DNA of 64,000 nt from an uncultured Solirubrobacteraceae bacterium (GTDB taxonomy: Bacteria > Actinomycetota > Thermoleophilia > Solirubrobacterales > Solirubrobacteraceae), in the NCBI GenBank assembly GCA_963752865.1, contig CAVVZU010000002.1, positions 1,394,941-1,458,940 of the forward strand, read 5' to 3'. The notes under the pieces were generated by a model, which saw nothing but the letters and a program-made list of their open reading frames with translations, made no database searches and was not told the origin of the DNA. The translations under genes were made by a program, and so were the position numbers. Shown here one piece after another: positions 9,386 through 18,336 of the stretch; position 1 is the stretch's first letter, and the number at the start of each line of letters is the position of its first letter.

Positions 9386-11101
9386 ATGCAAAGCGACGCA
9401 AGCACCTTTCCCCCCGGTGGCGCCCCAGCCGGTGAGCGTACATCCCGTTTTTGGCGCTGGCGTGTGGCTGGTCCCGAGCGGGTGCGCGCGGGTGCGCAGG
9501 AGGGAGTGCTGCAGGGGACGCTGGCGCTGGCGAGCATCGTTGCGCTGAGCCTGTTCGTCGTGCTGATCGCGGCCAATCGCCCCAGCATCCTCACGCCGAC
9601 CACGCATACCGGCTACTTCCCACGCTGGATGGCCGGCCCGCTGGGTGGTCTGTTGGCCGGCTTCACCGACAACGGCACGACGCTCAAGTACCTGTTCACG
9701 GGGGCGATCGTGGTGATGTACCTCGCCTACATGCTCGCGCTCAAGCGTGCTCCGGCGTTGCCCGCGCGCTGGGTGATCGGGACGATAGTGGCCGTTCACG
9801 CGATCTATCTGCTGGCCCCGCCGATGGCCTTGACGGACCTTTTCAACTACGTCAACTACGGGCGCATGGAGGTCGTCCACGGCCTCAACCCATACACCAC
9901 GATCCCAGTGCTCGAGCCACATGACGACCCGAGCTACCTGCTCAGCAACTGGCACGAGCTGCTCAGCCCCTATGGCCCGCTGTTCACGCTGCTGACATTC
10001 GTCGTCGTGCCGCTGGGCGTAGCCGGCTCCTTCTGGGCACTCAAGGTAATCCTGATGGCCACCAGCCTGGCGACGATCCTGCTGGTGTGGAAGTGCGCTC
10101 GACTATTGGGCCGTGATCCGCGGGCAGCGATCGCGCTCGTGGGCCTGAACCCGATCGTGCTCGTGTGGGGGCTGGGCGGGGACCACAACGACTTCCTGAT
10201 GGTCTTCTGGATCATGCTCGGCTTCTACCTGCTGCTACGAGCACGTACGGCGGGCGTCGGCGAGCAGGACAGCGCGGTGGGGGAGACCGGCACAGCAGGC
10301 GAGGCGTCCGCCGCGAGTGGGTCCAGCGATGCCTGGGTGGCTGGTGCGGCGCCTGGGACAGACGGTTCTGTGGCAGCTGGCGGTGCGGGCAGGGCGAGCG
10401 CTGCACGTGTCGCGGTGATCAGCTGGATCGCGGAGCTCAGGTCGAGCCCGCTGCGGGAATTGCTGTTGCCGCTGTCGGGCCTGGAGATGGGAGCCGGCGC
10501 GGCGCTGATGATCGCCGCGGCGATCAAGGCGTCAGCGGCGATTCTGTTCCCGGCGGTGCTGGTGATCCTGCTGCGCGCCCCGCGCACCCTCGTCCAGGTG
10601 CTGGTGGGAATGGTGCTCGCGGGGGTGGTGTTGGGCGCGGCCAGCCTGCTGGCATTTGGCCTGCACGTCCCCGACCTCAGCACCCAGAGCAGCCTGGTGA
10701 CCAGCGAGAGCATCCCCAACCTGATCGGCCTGGCGGCTGGAGCCGGGGGTGAGAGTGCCGGTCTGCGTACCGCGCTCAGCGTGGTTCTGGTCGCGATCGT
10801 GTTTGTGTGCGCCTGGTTGGCGTGGCGTCGCCGGGACGCGATCACCGCATCCGGCTGGGCCGGCGTGGCCCTGCTCGTGACCCTCAGCTGGGTTCTGCCC
10901 TGGTATGTGCTGTGGGTGCTGCCCTTTGCCGCCCTGTCGCGCTCGCGCAGGCTGCGGGTGACGGTGCTCGTACTCGGTGTGTATCTGATCGTTGCGTGGG
11001 CTCCCGCGTCGGGGCTCTTGTGGAACGCGATCAACTTCCACCCGCAGACCACCTCGCTGGGACGGCTGCACCAGCGCTACGTCAAGGAGCTGTTGAACTA
11101 G
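9386..11101 (+). CDS. GT-C membrane glycosyltransferase (MptB-like polyprenol-phosphomannose mannosyltransferase)
   Basis: TDLFNYVNYGR, NPY, SPYGPLF, LNP...GGDHND and LPWYVLW motifs, with many TM segments. Confidence 0.82.
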   Translation: MQSDASTFPPGGAPAGERTSRFWRWRVAGPERVRAGAQEGVLQGTLALASIVALSLFVVLIAANRPSILTPTTHTGYFPRWMAGPLGGLLAGFTDNGTTLKYLFTGAIVVMYLAYMLALKRAPALPARWVIGTIVAVHAIYLLAPPMALTDLFNYVNYGRMEVVHGLNPYTTIPVLEPHDDPSYLLSNWHELLSPYGPLFTLLTFVVVPLGVAGSFWALKVILMATSLATILLVWKCARLLGRDPRAAIALVGLNPIVLVWGLGGDHNDFLMVFWIMLGFYLLLRARTAGVGEQDSAVGETGTAGEASAASGSSDAWVAGAAPGTDGSVAAGGAGRASAARVAVISWIAELRSSPLRELLLPLSGLEMGAGAALMIAAAIKASAAILFPAVLVILLRAPRTLVQVLVGMVLAGVVLGAASLLAFGLHVPDLSTQSSLVTSESIPNLIGLAAGAGGESAGLRTALSVVLVAIVFVCAWLAWRRRDAITASGWAGVALLVTLSWVLPWYVLWVLPFAALSRSRRLRVTVLVLGVYLIVAWAPASGLLWNAINFHPQTTSLGRLHQRYVKELLN

Positions 11102-12617
11102 CGACCGGTCGCGGCGTGTCCGCCTCGCCGGCTGTGCTCCAGCGGCTGTCAGCTGGCGTGAAGCCTGGCAGCTCGAGGGTGAAGCGCGCGCCACCCTCTG
11201 GTGATGATCCGGCGGTCACGGTACCCCCGTGGGCGTCGGCGATAGCGCTCACGATCGCAAGGCCCAGGCCGGTTCCGCCCGACGCTCTATCGCGCGCGGC
11301 GTCGGTGCGGTGAAAGCGGTGAAAGACACGCTCGCGCTGGTCAAGCGGGATCCCCGGACCGTCGTCTTCCACTAGAAAGCGAATACGTCGGCCGGGCAGA
11401 CCCTGCACCCGCAGGCGCACCAGGCCGTGCTCGGCAGCGGTGTGGTCGATCGCGTTGCCGACCAGGTTGCGCAGCGCCTGCGCGAGGCGATCGGGGTCGG
11501 CGCGCAGCATGCCGGCAGGCACCGAGCCGAGCTCGAAGTGGCGCTTTGCCAACAGGCTCATCCCGTCCCACAGCTCGCCAACATACATCGGCAGATCGAT
11601 CTGCTCGAGGCGCAGGAACTCGATCTGTTCGGTCTTCGCCAGCAGCAGCAGGTCATCGACGAGGCGGCTGATGCGTGCGATCTCCGCCTGCACGAGCCCC
11701 TCCACCCGGCGCACCTCATCGCCTGAGGGCTGCTGCTGGGAGGCGAGCACTTCGAGCTGGCCGCGAATCACGGTCAGCGGCGTGCGCAGCTCGTGTGACG
11801 CGTCAGCCACGAACGCGCGCTGGCCCGCAAACGCTTCCGTCAGCCGGTCGAGCATGTGGTTGAAGGCTTCGCCCAACACCGCCACCTCGTCGCTCTCGCC
11901 TCCCGGGTCGTGCATGCGCGGGTGCAGCTCGCCCTCGTTCACACGCTCAGCCACGGCGGCCATCCTGCGCAGCGGGCGTGACAGGCGCGAGCCGACGAGG
12001 AGCGCCGCCAGCAGTGCGCCCGCCAGCGCCAGCAGGCCCGCGAGGATAAACGCGCGCGCAACACCACGCTGGGCATGAGCGACGCTCGCCAGCGGCTCAC
12101 CCACGCCGACGACGACACTCAAGCCGCTGCGCACGCGTATCCGTCGCTTGAGTACCCGCAGATCGCCAACGTCAGGCAGCGACAGTGTCCTGAAGCCGGT
12201 GGTAGCAGTCAGCAGTTGCGAGGAGAGGCGGTTCTCCTGTGCCTGCTGAGCGGCTGTCTCGCCGTTGTCGGGCCTTGGGTTGCCGAACAGCTCGGGTCGA
12301 TTGGTGCTTGGCTCAGCGCCTGGTACGAGCACGAACAGCAGAGTCGAGCTGGCGCTGAACGGCTGATCGCCTATGTAGCGGGTGGCCGCGTTCGATATCT
12401 GGCGCGGCGTCTTCGCGTCTGCCGCCATCAGGTTGTGTGCGAGCTCGGCTGCGTCGCCTGCGATCTCGTGGTCGATCTGGGCGCGCAGCTGCGTGCCGGT
12501 GCCGCCGTAGACGGCGACGAACACGATTACCGTGCACAGCAGCGTGACGAACGCGAACCAGCCCGCCAGTCGCCAGCGCAGACCCCCGGGAACTAGGCGT
12601 CTGAATCGCGAGCGCAT
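11082..12617 (-). CDS. HAMP-domain sensor histidine kinase
   Basis: Two TM helices, HAMP, ASHELRTPL H-box, and NLVGNA, DDGPG and GGTGLGL boxes. Confidence 0.93.
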   Translation of the reverse strand: MRSRFRRLVPGGLRWRLAGWFAFVTLLCTVIVFVAVYGGTGTQLRAQIDHEIAGDAAELAHNLMAADAKTPRQISNAATRYIGDQPFSASSTLLFVLVPGAEPSTNRPELFGNPRPDNGETAAQQAQENRLSSQLLTATTGFRTLSLPDVGDLRVLKRRIRVRSGLSVVVGVGEPLASVAHAQRGVARAFILAGLLALAGALLAALLVGSRLSRPLRRMAAVAERVNEGELHPRMHDPGGESDEVAVLGEAFNHMLDRLTEAFAGQRAFVADASHELRTPLTVIRGQLEVLASQQQPSGDEVRRVEGLVQAEIARISRLVDDLLLLAKTEQIEFLRLEQIDLPMYVGELWDGMSLLAKRHFELGSVPAGMLRADPDRLAQALRNLVGNAIDHTAAEHGLVRLRVQGLPGRRIRFLVEDDGPGIPLDQRERVFHRFHRTDAARDRASGGTGLGLAIVSAIADAHGGTVTAGSSPEGGARFTLELPGFTPADSRWSTAGEADTPRPVASSTAP

Positions 12618-12621
12618 GACT

Positions 12622-13389
12622 TCAGCGCGAGCTGCCGAGGCGATAGCCCACGGCTCGCACGGTGAAGATCGGGGCCGCCTCACCGCCGCGGCTGAGCTTG
12701 CGCCGTAGATAGCCGACGTACACGTCCACCACGTTGGTTGCGGGGTCGTGCTCATAGCCCCAAACGGAACTGAGGATCTGCTCGCGGGAAACCACCTGGC
12801 CGTGGTGGCGCATCAGGTACACAAGCAGCTCGAACTCGGTCGTCGACAGCGTCACCGCCTGGCCGTCCCTGCGCACCTTGCGCGTCATCAGGTCGACCTC
12901 GATGCCCTCAGCGCGCAGGGTGCTGGACGATGCCTGTGCAATCACCCGCAGCTGCGCTCGCACGCGAGCCACGAGCTCAGCCATCGAGAACGGCTTGACC
13001 AGATAGTCCACGGCGCCGGCGTCGAGTCCTTCGACGCGATCCTCGATCTCACCCCGCGCGGTCAGCACGATCACCGGCACGTTTGGCATCGTGCGACGGA
13101 CCGACCCGAGCACCTCCAAGCCACCACGGCGAGGCAGCATCAGGTCCAGCACGATCGCGTCGAAGCTGCCCCCCAGCGCCATGCGTTCGCCCTCGATCCC
13201 GTCCGTGGCCGCCTCAACGACGAAGCCCTCCGCTTCGAGGCCACGGCTGACGAAGTCGACGATTCCCGGCTCATCCTCGATCAGCAACAGCCGCGCCGCA
13301 TCGGTCGTTCCCCTGTCTGGCCCGGCCTTGGCCAGGCCAGCAGACGGCCGCGGCGCGCGTTCCCGACGTGCGTCCGCGGCGGCTCCCAT
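12622..13389 (-). CDS. OmpR/PhoB-family response regulator
   Basis: LIEDE, VLDLMLP, KPF receiver motifs and winged-helix end (NVVDVYVGYLRRKL, TVRAVGY). TATCCT -10 element 7 nt upstream of ATG 13389. Confidence 0.93.
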   Translation of the reverse strand: MGAAADARRERAPRPSAGLAKAGPDRGTTDAARLLLIEDEPGIVDFVSRGLEAEGFVVEAATDGIEGERMALGGSFDAIVLDLMLPRRGGLEVLGSVRRTMPNVPVIVLTARGEIEDRVEGLDAGAVDYLVKPFSMAELVARVRAQLRVIAQASSSTLRAEGIEVDLMTRKVRRDGQAVTLSTTEFELLVYLMRHHGQVVSREQILSSVWGYEHDPATNVVDVYVGYLRRKLSRGGEAAPIFTVRAVGYRLGSSR

Positions 13390-13442
13390 GCCCACAAGGA
13401 TAGGCGTCGCCGCACGGCAGCGCTTTCCTTCCCGTGCCTTCC

Positions 13443-13500
13443 GATGAGCTTTCTCATCAAGCGGTTAAGCATTCCTTACCGTCGATTCACACACTAATCC
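13443..13500. promoter_or_regulatory. Putative OmpR-type operator: 11-bp-periodic half-sites plus a palindrome
   Basis: CTCAT (13453), GTTAA (13464), CTTAC (13475) and TTCAC (13486) at exact 11-nt spacing. GATGAG-CTTT-CTCATC inverted repeat at 13443-13458. AT-rich divergent intergenic region. Confidence 0.5.
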
Positions 13501-13552
13501 CATGACCGTTACGGAGGGCAGGCATCTGGCCGCCGACGCGCACGTCTAGTCC

Positions 13553-14083
13553 ATGCGAATCCACACGACCCACACACGCGACGCCGCGCTGCGCGAGCTG
13601 CACAGGATCAACCGCTGGATGATCGCCGGGAGCGTCGTGCTGACCGGCTTGCTCACGGACGTCGCCGCCAACGCATTCCCCGGCAGAACGGTCAAACACG
13701 TGGCCAAGACGAAAGCGACCAGCGGACATGCCGGCCACTCCTCAAGGGGAGCCTCCGGCACCTCATCAGCCGGAGCCGGGGCACTGAAGCCACCTTCACA
13801 GGCTCCGAGTGCCACCACTGAATCGTCGTCCTCGTCCCAGGAATCGGCCCCGGCTCAGGAATCGGCCCCGGCTCAGGAATCGGCCCCGGCTCAGGAATCG
13901 GCCCCGGCTCAGGAATCGTCCTCGTCCCAGGAATCGGCTCCGGCCCACGAATCGGCCCCCGCTCAGGAATCTGCGCCGGCACAGGAATCAGCTCCTGCGC
14001 CCGCCCGGGAATCAGCCCCGGTGCAGGAAGCCGCTTCGGAACCGGCCCAGGAATCGGCTCCGGTGGTGTCCGGTGGCTCCTGA
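13553..14083 (+). CDS. Membrane-anchored/secreted low-complexity protein with (QESAPA)n repeats and C-terminal SGGS; putative FMNylation substrate
   Basis: N-terminal hydrophobic segment and disordered repeat linker. Ends in PVVSGGS and overlaps the apbE start. Confidence 0.75.
   Translation: MRIHTTHTRDAALRELHRINRWMIAGSVVLTGLLTDVAANAFPGRTVKHVAKTKATSGHAGHSSRGASGTSSAGAGALKPPSQAPSATTESSSSSQESAPAQESAPAQESAPAQESAPAQESSSSQESAPAHESAPAQESAPAQESAPAPARESAPVQEAASEPAQESAPVVSGGS
13820..14065 (+). repeat. 18-bp coding tandem repeat (CAGGAATCGGCCCCGGCT)
   Basis: Four perfect copies at 13838-13909, followed and preceded by degenerate copies. Confidence 0.95.
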
Positions 14084-15095
14084 GCCAAGTCTTCTTGCGG
14101 CACCCACGCTCGCGCGCGGCGGCCTCACCGAGGCGACGTGGGAGGCGCTTGGGACGAACGTCGTGCTGCGCCTTGCCCACACCGCTGACCTGCGGGCCGC
14201 ACGTGCGGCTGTCGAGCTGGAGCTCGACGCGATCGATCGCGCTTGTAGCCGCTTTCGCTGCGACTCGGAGCTATCGCGCCTGAACGCCAGTGCGGGTCGC
14301 TCGACAGAAGTGAGCCCGCTGCTGATGGACGCGCTGGCATTGGCTCTGCGCGCCGCTGAGCTGACCGACGGCGACGTCGACCCCACGATCGGGCGGGCGC
14401 TCGAGCTGGCGGGCTACGACCGCGATTGGCGGCTGCTCGAGCAAGCGACGGCAGCTCCCATACCAGCGAGGGAGCAGAGCCCCCTGGTAGATCAGCGTGT
14501 GGCGGCGCTCACGATCAACGCGCGTGTACGCGCCGGCTGGCGGACGATCGCGCTGGACCGCGCGAACGGCACGGTGCGAGTGCCCATCGGCGTGAAGCTC
14601 GACCTGGGCGCCACCGCCAAAGCGTGGGCGGCCGACCGCGCCGCCGCCGCGGCCTCGAGCGTAAGCGGCTGTGGCGTGCTCGTCAGCATCGGCGGTGACA
14701 TCGCCACCCGTGGCACCGCTCCACGCGCCGGCTGGAAGATCCACGTCACAGACGACCACCGCAGCGATTGCTCTGCTCCCGGGCAGACGATCACGGTCGA
14801 CTCCGGTGGGCTTGCCACCTCCAGCACGACCGTCCGGCGCTGGCACAAGGACGGCCACAACATGCACCACATCATCGACCCGAGCACCGGTGCGCCCGTA
14901 CATTCCAGCTGGCGGACCGTGAGCGTCGCCGCCGCAAGCTGCGCTGACGCGAACATCGCCGCTACAGCCGCGCTCGTGCGCGCTCACTCGGCCCCGCAGT
15001 GGCTCGCCGAGGCGGGCCTGCCAGCGCGCCTCGTAGACCTCGCCGGGAGCGTGACCACGGTCGCCGGCTGGCCGCAGGGAGAGGCGCAGCGATGA
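14073..15095 (+). CDS. apbE: FAD:protein FMN transferase (ApbE family)
   Basis: ALGT, CSRFRCDSELSRLN, TDGDVDPTIG, LDLGATAKAW, SIGGDI, LATSS, HHIIDP and ADANIAATA motifs. GTG start is inferred. Confidence 0.92.
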   Translation: MAPEPSLLAAPTLARGGLTEATWEALGTNVVLRLAHTADLRAARAAVELELDAIDRACSRFRCDSELSRLNASAGRSTEVSPLLMDALALALRAAELTDGDVDPTIGRALELAGYDRDWRLLEQATAAPIPAREQSPLVDQRVAALTINARVRAGWRTIALDRANGTVRVPIGVKLDLGATAKAWAADRAAAAASSVSGCGVLVSIGGDIATRGTAPRAGWKIHVTDDHRSDCSAPGQTITVDSGGLATSSTTVRRWHKDGHNMHHIIDPSTGAPVHSSWRTVSVAAASCADANIAATAALVRAHSAPQWLAEAGLPARLVDLAGSVTTVAGWPQGEAQR

Positions 15096-15808
15096 TCCTC
15101 CCACTGGCAGCCGCTGGGCCAAGCACCTACTGGTATCTGACCCGCTCCACGGGAGCCGTCGCGCTGCTGTTGCTGTCCGTCGCGGTGGCGCTCGGCGTCC
15201 TCGACGTGCAGCGTTGGAGCACACCACGCTGGCCGCGCTTCATCGTGGACTCGATACACCGCAACGTCGCGCTGCTCGCGCTGGTGTTCCTCGTGCTGCA
15301 CATCCTCACCTCCGTGCTCGACACCTTCGCCCCGATCGGGCTGATCGACGCCGTCGTCCCGTTCGTCGGTGCCTACCGGCCCTTCTGGCTGGGACTGGGC
15401 GCGGTCGCCTTCGATCTGATCGTGGCGGTGATCGTCACCAGCCTGTTGCGGGCGCGGATGGGCTATGCCAGCTGGCGTGCGATCCACTGGCTGACATACG
15501 CGAGCTGGCCGATCGCCCTGCTGCACGGCTTCGGCACCGGCAGCGACGCCAGCAAGGCGTGGCTGCAGATCTTGAGCGCCATCTGCCTGGTGATGGTGCT
15601 GGGCGCGGCGCTCGCGCGGGTCCTCAACGGCTGGCCCGCGAACATCCGTATCCGCGGTGCCGCACTGGGGGGGACGGGCGTGTTCTCGCTGTTCTTGCTG
15701 CTGTGGCTTCCCAGCGGTCCGCTGGGCTCAGAATGGGCACGGCGCTCGGGTACACCTGCATCTTTGCTGCCCCATTCTCACACCCACGCGGCCGGCGGCA
15801 AGCGATGA
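15092..15808 (+). CDS. Ferric reductase-like (MsrQ-like) haem-b transmembrane protein
   Basis: WYLTRSTG, IHRNVALL..LHI and WRAIHWLTY..LLHG paired His ligands. ATGA overlap with apbE. Confidence 0.88.
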   Translation: MILPLAAAGPSTYWYLTRSTGAVALLLLSVAVALGVLDVQRWSTPRWPRFIVDSIHRNVALLALVFLVLHILTSVLDTFAPIGLIDAVVPFVGAYRPFWLGLGAVAFDLIVAVIVTSLLRARMGYASWRAIHWLTYASWPIALLHGFGTGSDASKAWLQILSAICLVMVLGAALARVLNGWPANIRIRGAALGGTGVFSLFLLLWLPSGPLGSEWARRSGTPASLLPHSHTHAAGGKR

Positions 15809-17181
15809 GCGGCATGCCCTCCACCATCACCGACGCACCCGTCGAGCGGGTCAGGCCGCACGAGCCACCCGTCCTACCCCGGCTACTCGCGGGCGTGCAT
15901 CCACAGGGCGCGATGACGCTCGCCGAGCACCTATCGGTGCATGGCTCGCTGCCGCCTGTACGCGGCGGACGCCGGCGGCACGACCGCGAGCACGCGACCG
16001 CGCTGATCGACGAGATCGAGCGCTCCGGGTTGCTCGGCCGTGGCGGCGCGGCATTCCCTACCGCCACCAAGATGCGCGCCGTTGCCGGTGGGCGAGGACG
16101 CGCAATCGTGGTAGCCAATGGTGCGGAGGGCGAGCCCGCGAGCCTGAAGGACCGCACGCTGCTCGAGATGGCACCTCACCTGGTGCTCGACGGCGCCGTC
16201 GTCGCAGCCGAAGCGGTCGGTGCAGATGAGGCGATCGTGTGTATCTGCGAGACGGCCGGCGCCAGCGTTCACAGCCTCGGCCAGGCGATCGAGGAGCGCG
16301 CGGCTCAGCCGGACGCGGGACGCTCGCCAAAGCTGCATCTGCGGACGGTCCCCGGCCACTATGTCGCCGGCCAGGAGTCCGCGCTGGTGAACTACCTCGG
16401 TGGCGGCCCCGCCAAGCCGACGTTCACCCCGCCTTTGCCTTTCGAACAAGGCCTCAAGCGCCGCCCAACGCTGGTCGACAACGTCGAGACGCTCGCCCAC
16501 GTGGCGCTGATCGCACGCCACGGCGCGCCCTGGTTCCGCCAGCTCGGCACACCCTCCCAGCCGGGCTCAGCGCTCGTCACGCTGTCGGGGCCGGTTGTCG
16601 ATCCTGGCGTGTACGAGATCGAGCACGGCGCCTCGCTGGCGTCCTTGATCGACGCGGCCGGTGGCGCCACCGCGGGGCTACGCGGTGCGCTGATAGGCGG
16701 CTACGCGGGCGCGTGGGTCAGCCGCGAGTGGCTCGGTGGCGTGGCGCTCTCCAAGGAACACCTCGCCGCTCACGGCGCCACGCTCGGCGCCGGAGTGGTG
16801 CTGCTGCTCTCCGACCGGGCCTGCCCCGTCGCTGAAACCGCCCGGGTCGCCCGCTGGATGGCCGGCCAGAGCGTGCGTCAGTGCGGTCCCTGCATCAACG
16901 GCCTCGATACCCTCGCCGACACGCTCGAGCAGCTCGCTCTCGGCAGCGCCGACGCGACAGTCACGCGGCGGATCGAACGCCTCGCCGCGCTCACCGCCCG
17001 GCGCGGCGCTTGCGGGCATCCAGACGGGGCCGTCAACCTGATCCTCAGTGCGCTCGACGCATTCCAGGCGGACTTCGCCGAGCACGCCCGCCACGGGGCG
17101 TGCGATTGCTGTGCGCGTCCGCCAGAGCTGCCGCTGCCCGATCGCCATGTCAGCCATCGAACCTCTCGTGATGGCGCATGA
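15805..17181 (+). CDS. NuoF/HoxF-like NADH-binding flavoprotein with Fe-S region
   Basis: GRGGAAFPT, NGAEGEPASLKDR, YVAGQESAL, NVETLA and QCGPC..GACGHPDG motifs. ATGA overlap with the upstream gene. Confidence 0.88.
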   Translation: MSGMPSTITDAPVERVRPHEPPVLPRLLAGVHPQGAMTLAEHLSVHGSLPPVRGGRRRHDREHATALIDEIERSGLLGRGGAAFPTATKMRAVAGGRGRAIVVANGAEGEPASLKDRTLLEMAPHLVLDGAVVAAEAVGADEAIVCICETAGASVHSLGQAIEERAAQPDAGRSPKLHLRTVPGHYVAGQESALVNYLGGGPAKPTFTPPLPFEQGLKRRPTLVDNVETLAHVALIARHGAPWFRQLGTPSQPGSALVTLSGPVVDPGVYEIEHGASLASLIDAAGGATAGLRGALIGGYAGAWVSREWLGGVALSKEHLAAHGATLGAGVVLLLSDRACPVAETARVARWMAGQSVRQCGPCINGLDTLADTLEQLALGSADATVTRRIERLAALTARRGACGHPDGAVNLILSALDAFQADFAEHARHGACDCCARPPELPLPDRHVSHRTSRDGA

Positions 17182-17396
17182 GTCATCGCGTGCGCGTCAA
17201 TCCGATCACGTGCGAGGCTCACGGAATGTGTGCTGAGCTCCTTCCCGAGAGGGTCACGCTTGACGAGTGGGGTTATCCGATCGTCGACGGCAGACCCGTG
17301 CACGGCTGGGAGCTGGAGCACGCCAGGCGTGCCGCCCGCGCCTGTCCCACGTTCGCGCTGCTCGTCGAGCGCGAGCGGGCCACGGCGGCGCGCTAG
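17178..17396 (+). CDS. Ferredoxin, probably [3Fe-4S]
   Basis: CEAHGMC...ACP (CxxHxxC-n-CP) motif. ATGA overlap. Confidence 0.9.
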   Translation: MSHRVRVNPITCEAHGMCAELLPERVTLDEWGYPIVDGRPVHGWELEHARRAARACPTFALLVERERATAAR

Positions 17397-17851
17397 TCAT
17401 CACCTGTCGGCGGGGGCCGGCGCTCCAGCTTGCGCTGTGCCGCTCTGCGCTTGTCTGCGAGTCGCCGGACGCGCGCCGCGTTGCTTGGGCGCGTCGCGCG
17501 GCGACCGCGGGGAACCACCAGTGCACGCGCAATGCGCTCTGCGAGCCGCTCGAGCGCCAGTTCGCGGTTACGCGTCTGCGAGCGCTCGTCCTGGGCAACT
17601 GCCACCACCCGTGGTCCCGCCTGTGCGAGCAAGCGGGCACGCTGAGCTTCACTCAGCGATGGGGAGCCCGGCACGTCGAAGATCGCTTCCACACGCGAAG
17701 CGGTCACGTTCGCGTGCTGTCCGCCCGGTCCCGACGAGCGGCTCGTACGCAGTGTGATCTCGCCCACCGGGATTGCAAGCTCATCGTTGACGCGCAACTC
17801 CCGCCGCCGGCCCCGCGGGGCATCCACACTGTCGGCGTCGCTCAACAGCAA
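17393..17851 (-). CDS. arfB: Alternative ribosome-rescue peptidyl-tRNA hydrolase
   Basis: RSSGPGGQHANVT, RSQTRNRELA and a basic C-terminal tail (RRATRPS). Start is uncertain. Confidence 0.93.
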   Translation of the reverse strand: MLLSDADSVDAPRGRRRELRVNDELAIPVGEITLRTSRSSGPGGQHANVTASRVEAIFDVPGSPSLSEAQRARLLAQAGPRVVAVAQDERSQTRNRELALERLAERIARALVVPRGRRATRPSNAARVRRLADKRRAAQRKLERRPPPTGDD

Positions 17852-17867
17852 GCAGCCGGGGAACAGC

Positions 17868-18314
17868 TCACTCCGACTGCCCTCCGGAAAGGTCGTGCAC
17901 GGCCCTCACGCGCTGCTCCTCGCCCGGGCGCACACGACCGTCACGTCCGATGTAGCCGTCCTTGCCGCCCGCGCACAGGTACACAGCATCCCCATCGCCA
18001 ACGTTTCGGATCTTGCGCACCGTCGCCGCGTCCACCCGCGCCATGCCGCCCTCGCCCAGCCGCTGTACCGAGCCATCGCCGAACTCCATCTCGATCGCGC
18101 CCCGGTGCACGAAGTACAGCTCCTCCTGCAGGTCGTGGTAGTGAAAGCCCGTCTCAATGCCGGGTGGCAGCACAATCGCATTTACCCCAAACGCCGTCAC
18201 GCCAAGGCCCTTGCGCACCTTCCTGAACCCAGGCCCATCGCCGAGGTCCTCCAGATGAGCAACCGCATAGCCCTCACCGCTCGTCACTCCCGGATAGTCA
18301 GTCGAAGCCTCCAT
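17868..18314 (-). CDS. Cupin domain protein
   Basis: HYHDLQEELYFVHRG cupin motif. Confidence 0.85.
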   Translation of the reverse strand: MEASTDYPGVTSGEGYAVAHLEDLGDGPGFRKVRKGLGVTAFGVNAIVLPPGIETGFHYHDLQEELYFVHRGAIEMEFGDGSVQRLGEGGMARVDAATVRKIRNVGDGDAVYLCAGGKDGYIGRDGRVRPGEEQRVRAVHDLSGGQSE

Positions 18315-18336
18315 CTCATCTCCTCAGTCGTTCCTG

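Noticed and set aside
13809-14072. (RNRPRL)n N-terminal extension on ApbE in the ORF track
   Set aside because: It is the alternative-frame reading of the 18-bp QESAPA repeat in the upstream gene. ApbE similarity starts after about 14073.
15805-17181. Part of a complex I (nuo) or hydrogenase operon
   Set aside because: No other nuo or hox subunits are adjacent. The context is ApbE and a ferric reductase-like gene.
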